NCBI GenBank assembly: GCA_009859145.1
Contig: VRVR01000020.1
Span: forward strand, 115,035 to 179,034
From: Andalucia godoyi And28
Taxonomy: Eukaryota > Protista > Jakobida
Direction: 5' to 3'
Length of the DNA stretch: 64,000 bases
This document shows positions 62,435-64,000 of the stretch, one piece after another. Numbering within the stretch: the first letter of the stretch is position 1; each line of letters begins with the position of its first letter. Under the pieces are notes generated by a model. The model had not been told where the DNA came from and searched no databases. It worked only from the letters and a program-made list of their open reading frames with translations. The translations under genes and the position numbers were made by a program.

Positions 62435-63445
62435 CTACTTCTTACCAGCGCGCTGTGCCATGATGTTCTGGAGCATATCAGCAGTGAGTGCTTCGAGAGA
62501 GTATTGTGGTTGCCAGCCCCAGTCTCTGCGTGCATCGGCATCATCAAGCGATACCGGCCACGAGTCTGCAATTGCCTGTCTCATATCTGGTGCATAGTCG
62601 ATCTTGAAGTGCGGCACGTGTCTGCGGATGGCACGAGCCAGGTCATCTGGGGAGAACGAAAGGGCGTTCAAATTGTACGTTCTGCAGGAAAGCTTCTTTT
62701 CGTCTGCAAGCATCAGGTCGATGGTTCCCTTGATGCAGTCCGGCACGTACATCAGCGGCATTTTTGTATCTGGTCGCACAAAACATGTGTAGGCAGACTG
62801 CGGCTCGCAGGCGGCGAAGAACGCATGGTTGGACCAGTCGGTAGTACCTCCACCTGGCGCACTCTTCCACGAAATGATGCCGGGATATCGCACACACCGG
62901 AAATCGACTCCAAACCGCTTGTGATAGTACTCGCCCAGCAGCTCTGCGTACACCTTGGACACTCCATAAATCGTATTGGGGCGCTGAATGGTGATGTTTG
63001 GCGTGTTCATGCGCGGGGTTGTTGGTCCAAATGCCGCAATGGACGACGGAATCATAATCACAGATCCGTAATTCTGCGCAACTTCAAGCGCCACTTCCGT
63101 TCCACGCATGTTAAGATGCAGAGCCTCCTTTGGGTTGCGTTCTCCAATCGCAGATAGCAGTGCTGCATAATGCACAATATGCGTGATTCGATGCTCCACC
63201 ACAAGCCGTGCAAAATCATCCTTGTTCGTGCAGTCCAGATACCGGAAATACGCTCCAGACGACTGGACAGAAGGTGCAGGGACACGGATGTCCGTACAAA
63301 GCACTGCATCAGGTCCAAAACGGCCACGCAGCGCCTCCGCAAGCTCTCCACCCAGCTGTCCATTCGCTCCCGTAATCAAAATGCGAGGCATCGAGAAGCT
63401 GTTGCTCGATGCATTCCGAACAAACAAGCTTGAAAAACGAAGCAT
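62435..63445 (-). CDS. TDH: L-threonine 3-dehydrogenase (extended SDR), mitochondrial
   Basis: Presequence, ILITGANGQLG, SSIAAFGPTTP, YGVSK, YPGIIS...PGGGTTD and RQAIADSWP. Confidence 0.93.
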   Translation of the reverse strand: MLRFSSLFVRNASSNSFSMPRILITGANGQLGGELAEALRGRFGPDAVLCTDIRVPAPSVQSSGAYFRYLDCTNKDDFARLVVEHRITHIVHYAALLSAIGERNPKEALHLNMRGTEVALEVAQNYGSVIMIPSSIAAFGPTTPRMNTPNITIQRPNTIYGVSKVYAELLGEYYHKRFGVDFRCVRYPGIISWKSAPGGGTTDWSNHAFFAACEPQSAYTCFVRPDTKMPLMYVPDCIKGTIDLMLADEKKLSCRTYNLNALSFSPDDLARAIRRHVPHFKIDYAPDMRQAIADSWPVSLDDADARRDWGWQPQYSLEALTADMLQNIMAQRAGKK

Positions 63446-63957
63446 GATCAAATCTTTCTCTTTTTCCCTCCCTTCTTTTCTTTTCTTTTTCTTTTTCTTT
63501 TTCTTTTCTTTTCCCCTTTTCCCTTCTTTTCAATAGAAATAAAAGAATAAGAAGAAAAAAGAAAAAAAAATATTAACAAACCCGAAAAACAAGAGAGACA
63601 AAACAAAATCAAAGCAACGGAAAACAAGAAAGGAACTCTTAATTATAATTTAAATAATCGTTTTCCTTTTGGACTACTAAGGACGAAAGGCCAGACTTTC
63701 ATCCTCTCTGACCGAGCCGACCGCCAACCATTCACTCGTTTCTCTCAGATCCACGCAGTTGATGCGTTGATGCGTTGATGCTGCGCATGTAATATTTTGA
63801 TGCTGTCCGTTCGCGCCAATTCCCAACGAAAATCAGGTTGATTCCATTTTTTAAAATTTTATTATATCTTTCCTTTTTTAAATTTACTTTTCATTGGGAC
63901 ATTTCTGATTTCATTTTTTACACTCTGTTTGATAAAAACCTAGCCAGAGGATTATTA

Positions 63958-63959
<2 letters not shown>

Positions 63960-63998
<39 letters not shown>
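63960..63998. repeat. (AG)n microsatellite
   Basis: Read directly. Confidence 0.95.

Positions 63999-64000
<2 letters not shown>

Noticed and set aside
1132-63536. Long antisense and overlapping ORFs (e.g. 1132-1878, 25267-26055, 50762-51565, 59393-59923)
   Set aside because: They are shadows of well-supported genes on the opposite strand or in another frame.

Overview
A 64-kb piece of a compact, very intron-poor eukaryotic nuclear genome. About 38 candidate protein-coding genes lie on both strands, and only one clear intron is seen in a protein gene. Gene content (CEP70-, AKAP14-, FAM194- and EF-hand-like ciliary genes, mitochondrial genes, no plastid markers) points to a flagellated, mitochondriate protist; the species cannot be determined from the sequence. 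Housekeeping genes include SSR1, PCIF1, ALDH, ALG10, TFIIB, USP14, La, RPL9, syntaxin 5, legumain and TDH. The main accessory signal is a family of decayed IS607-type elements carrying Fanzor2 (eukaryotic TnpB, an RNA-guided nuclease). One remnant at about 10.7-11.2 kb keeps the zinc finger and RuvC motifs. A second at about 30.9-31.3 kb keeps TnpA traces and the Fanzor N-terminus fused to the 3' end. A probable third, highly degenerate right end lies near 0.6 kb. All share a conserved 3' end where the omegaRNA would be encoded; none encodes an intact nuclease. Other features missed by the ORF track are two box C/D snoRNAs with LSU rRNA guides in apparent introns of a micro-exon host, a 51-aa ATP synthase i/j-like ORF, and an apparently identical 501-bp inverted duplication 26 kb apart. 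Unusual proteins include a KHA-Ras fusion, PCIF1 with HPPY in place of NPPF, and a WG-rich Nup42-like protein. All family calls come from motif recognition by eye; no searches were run.
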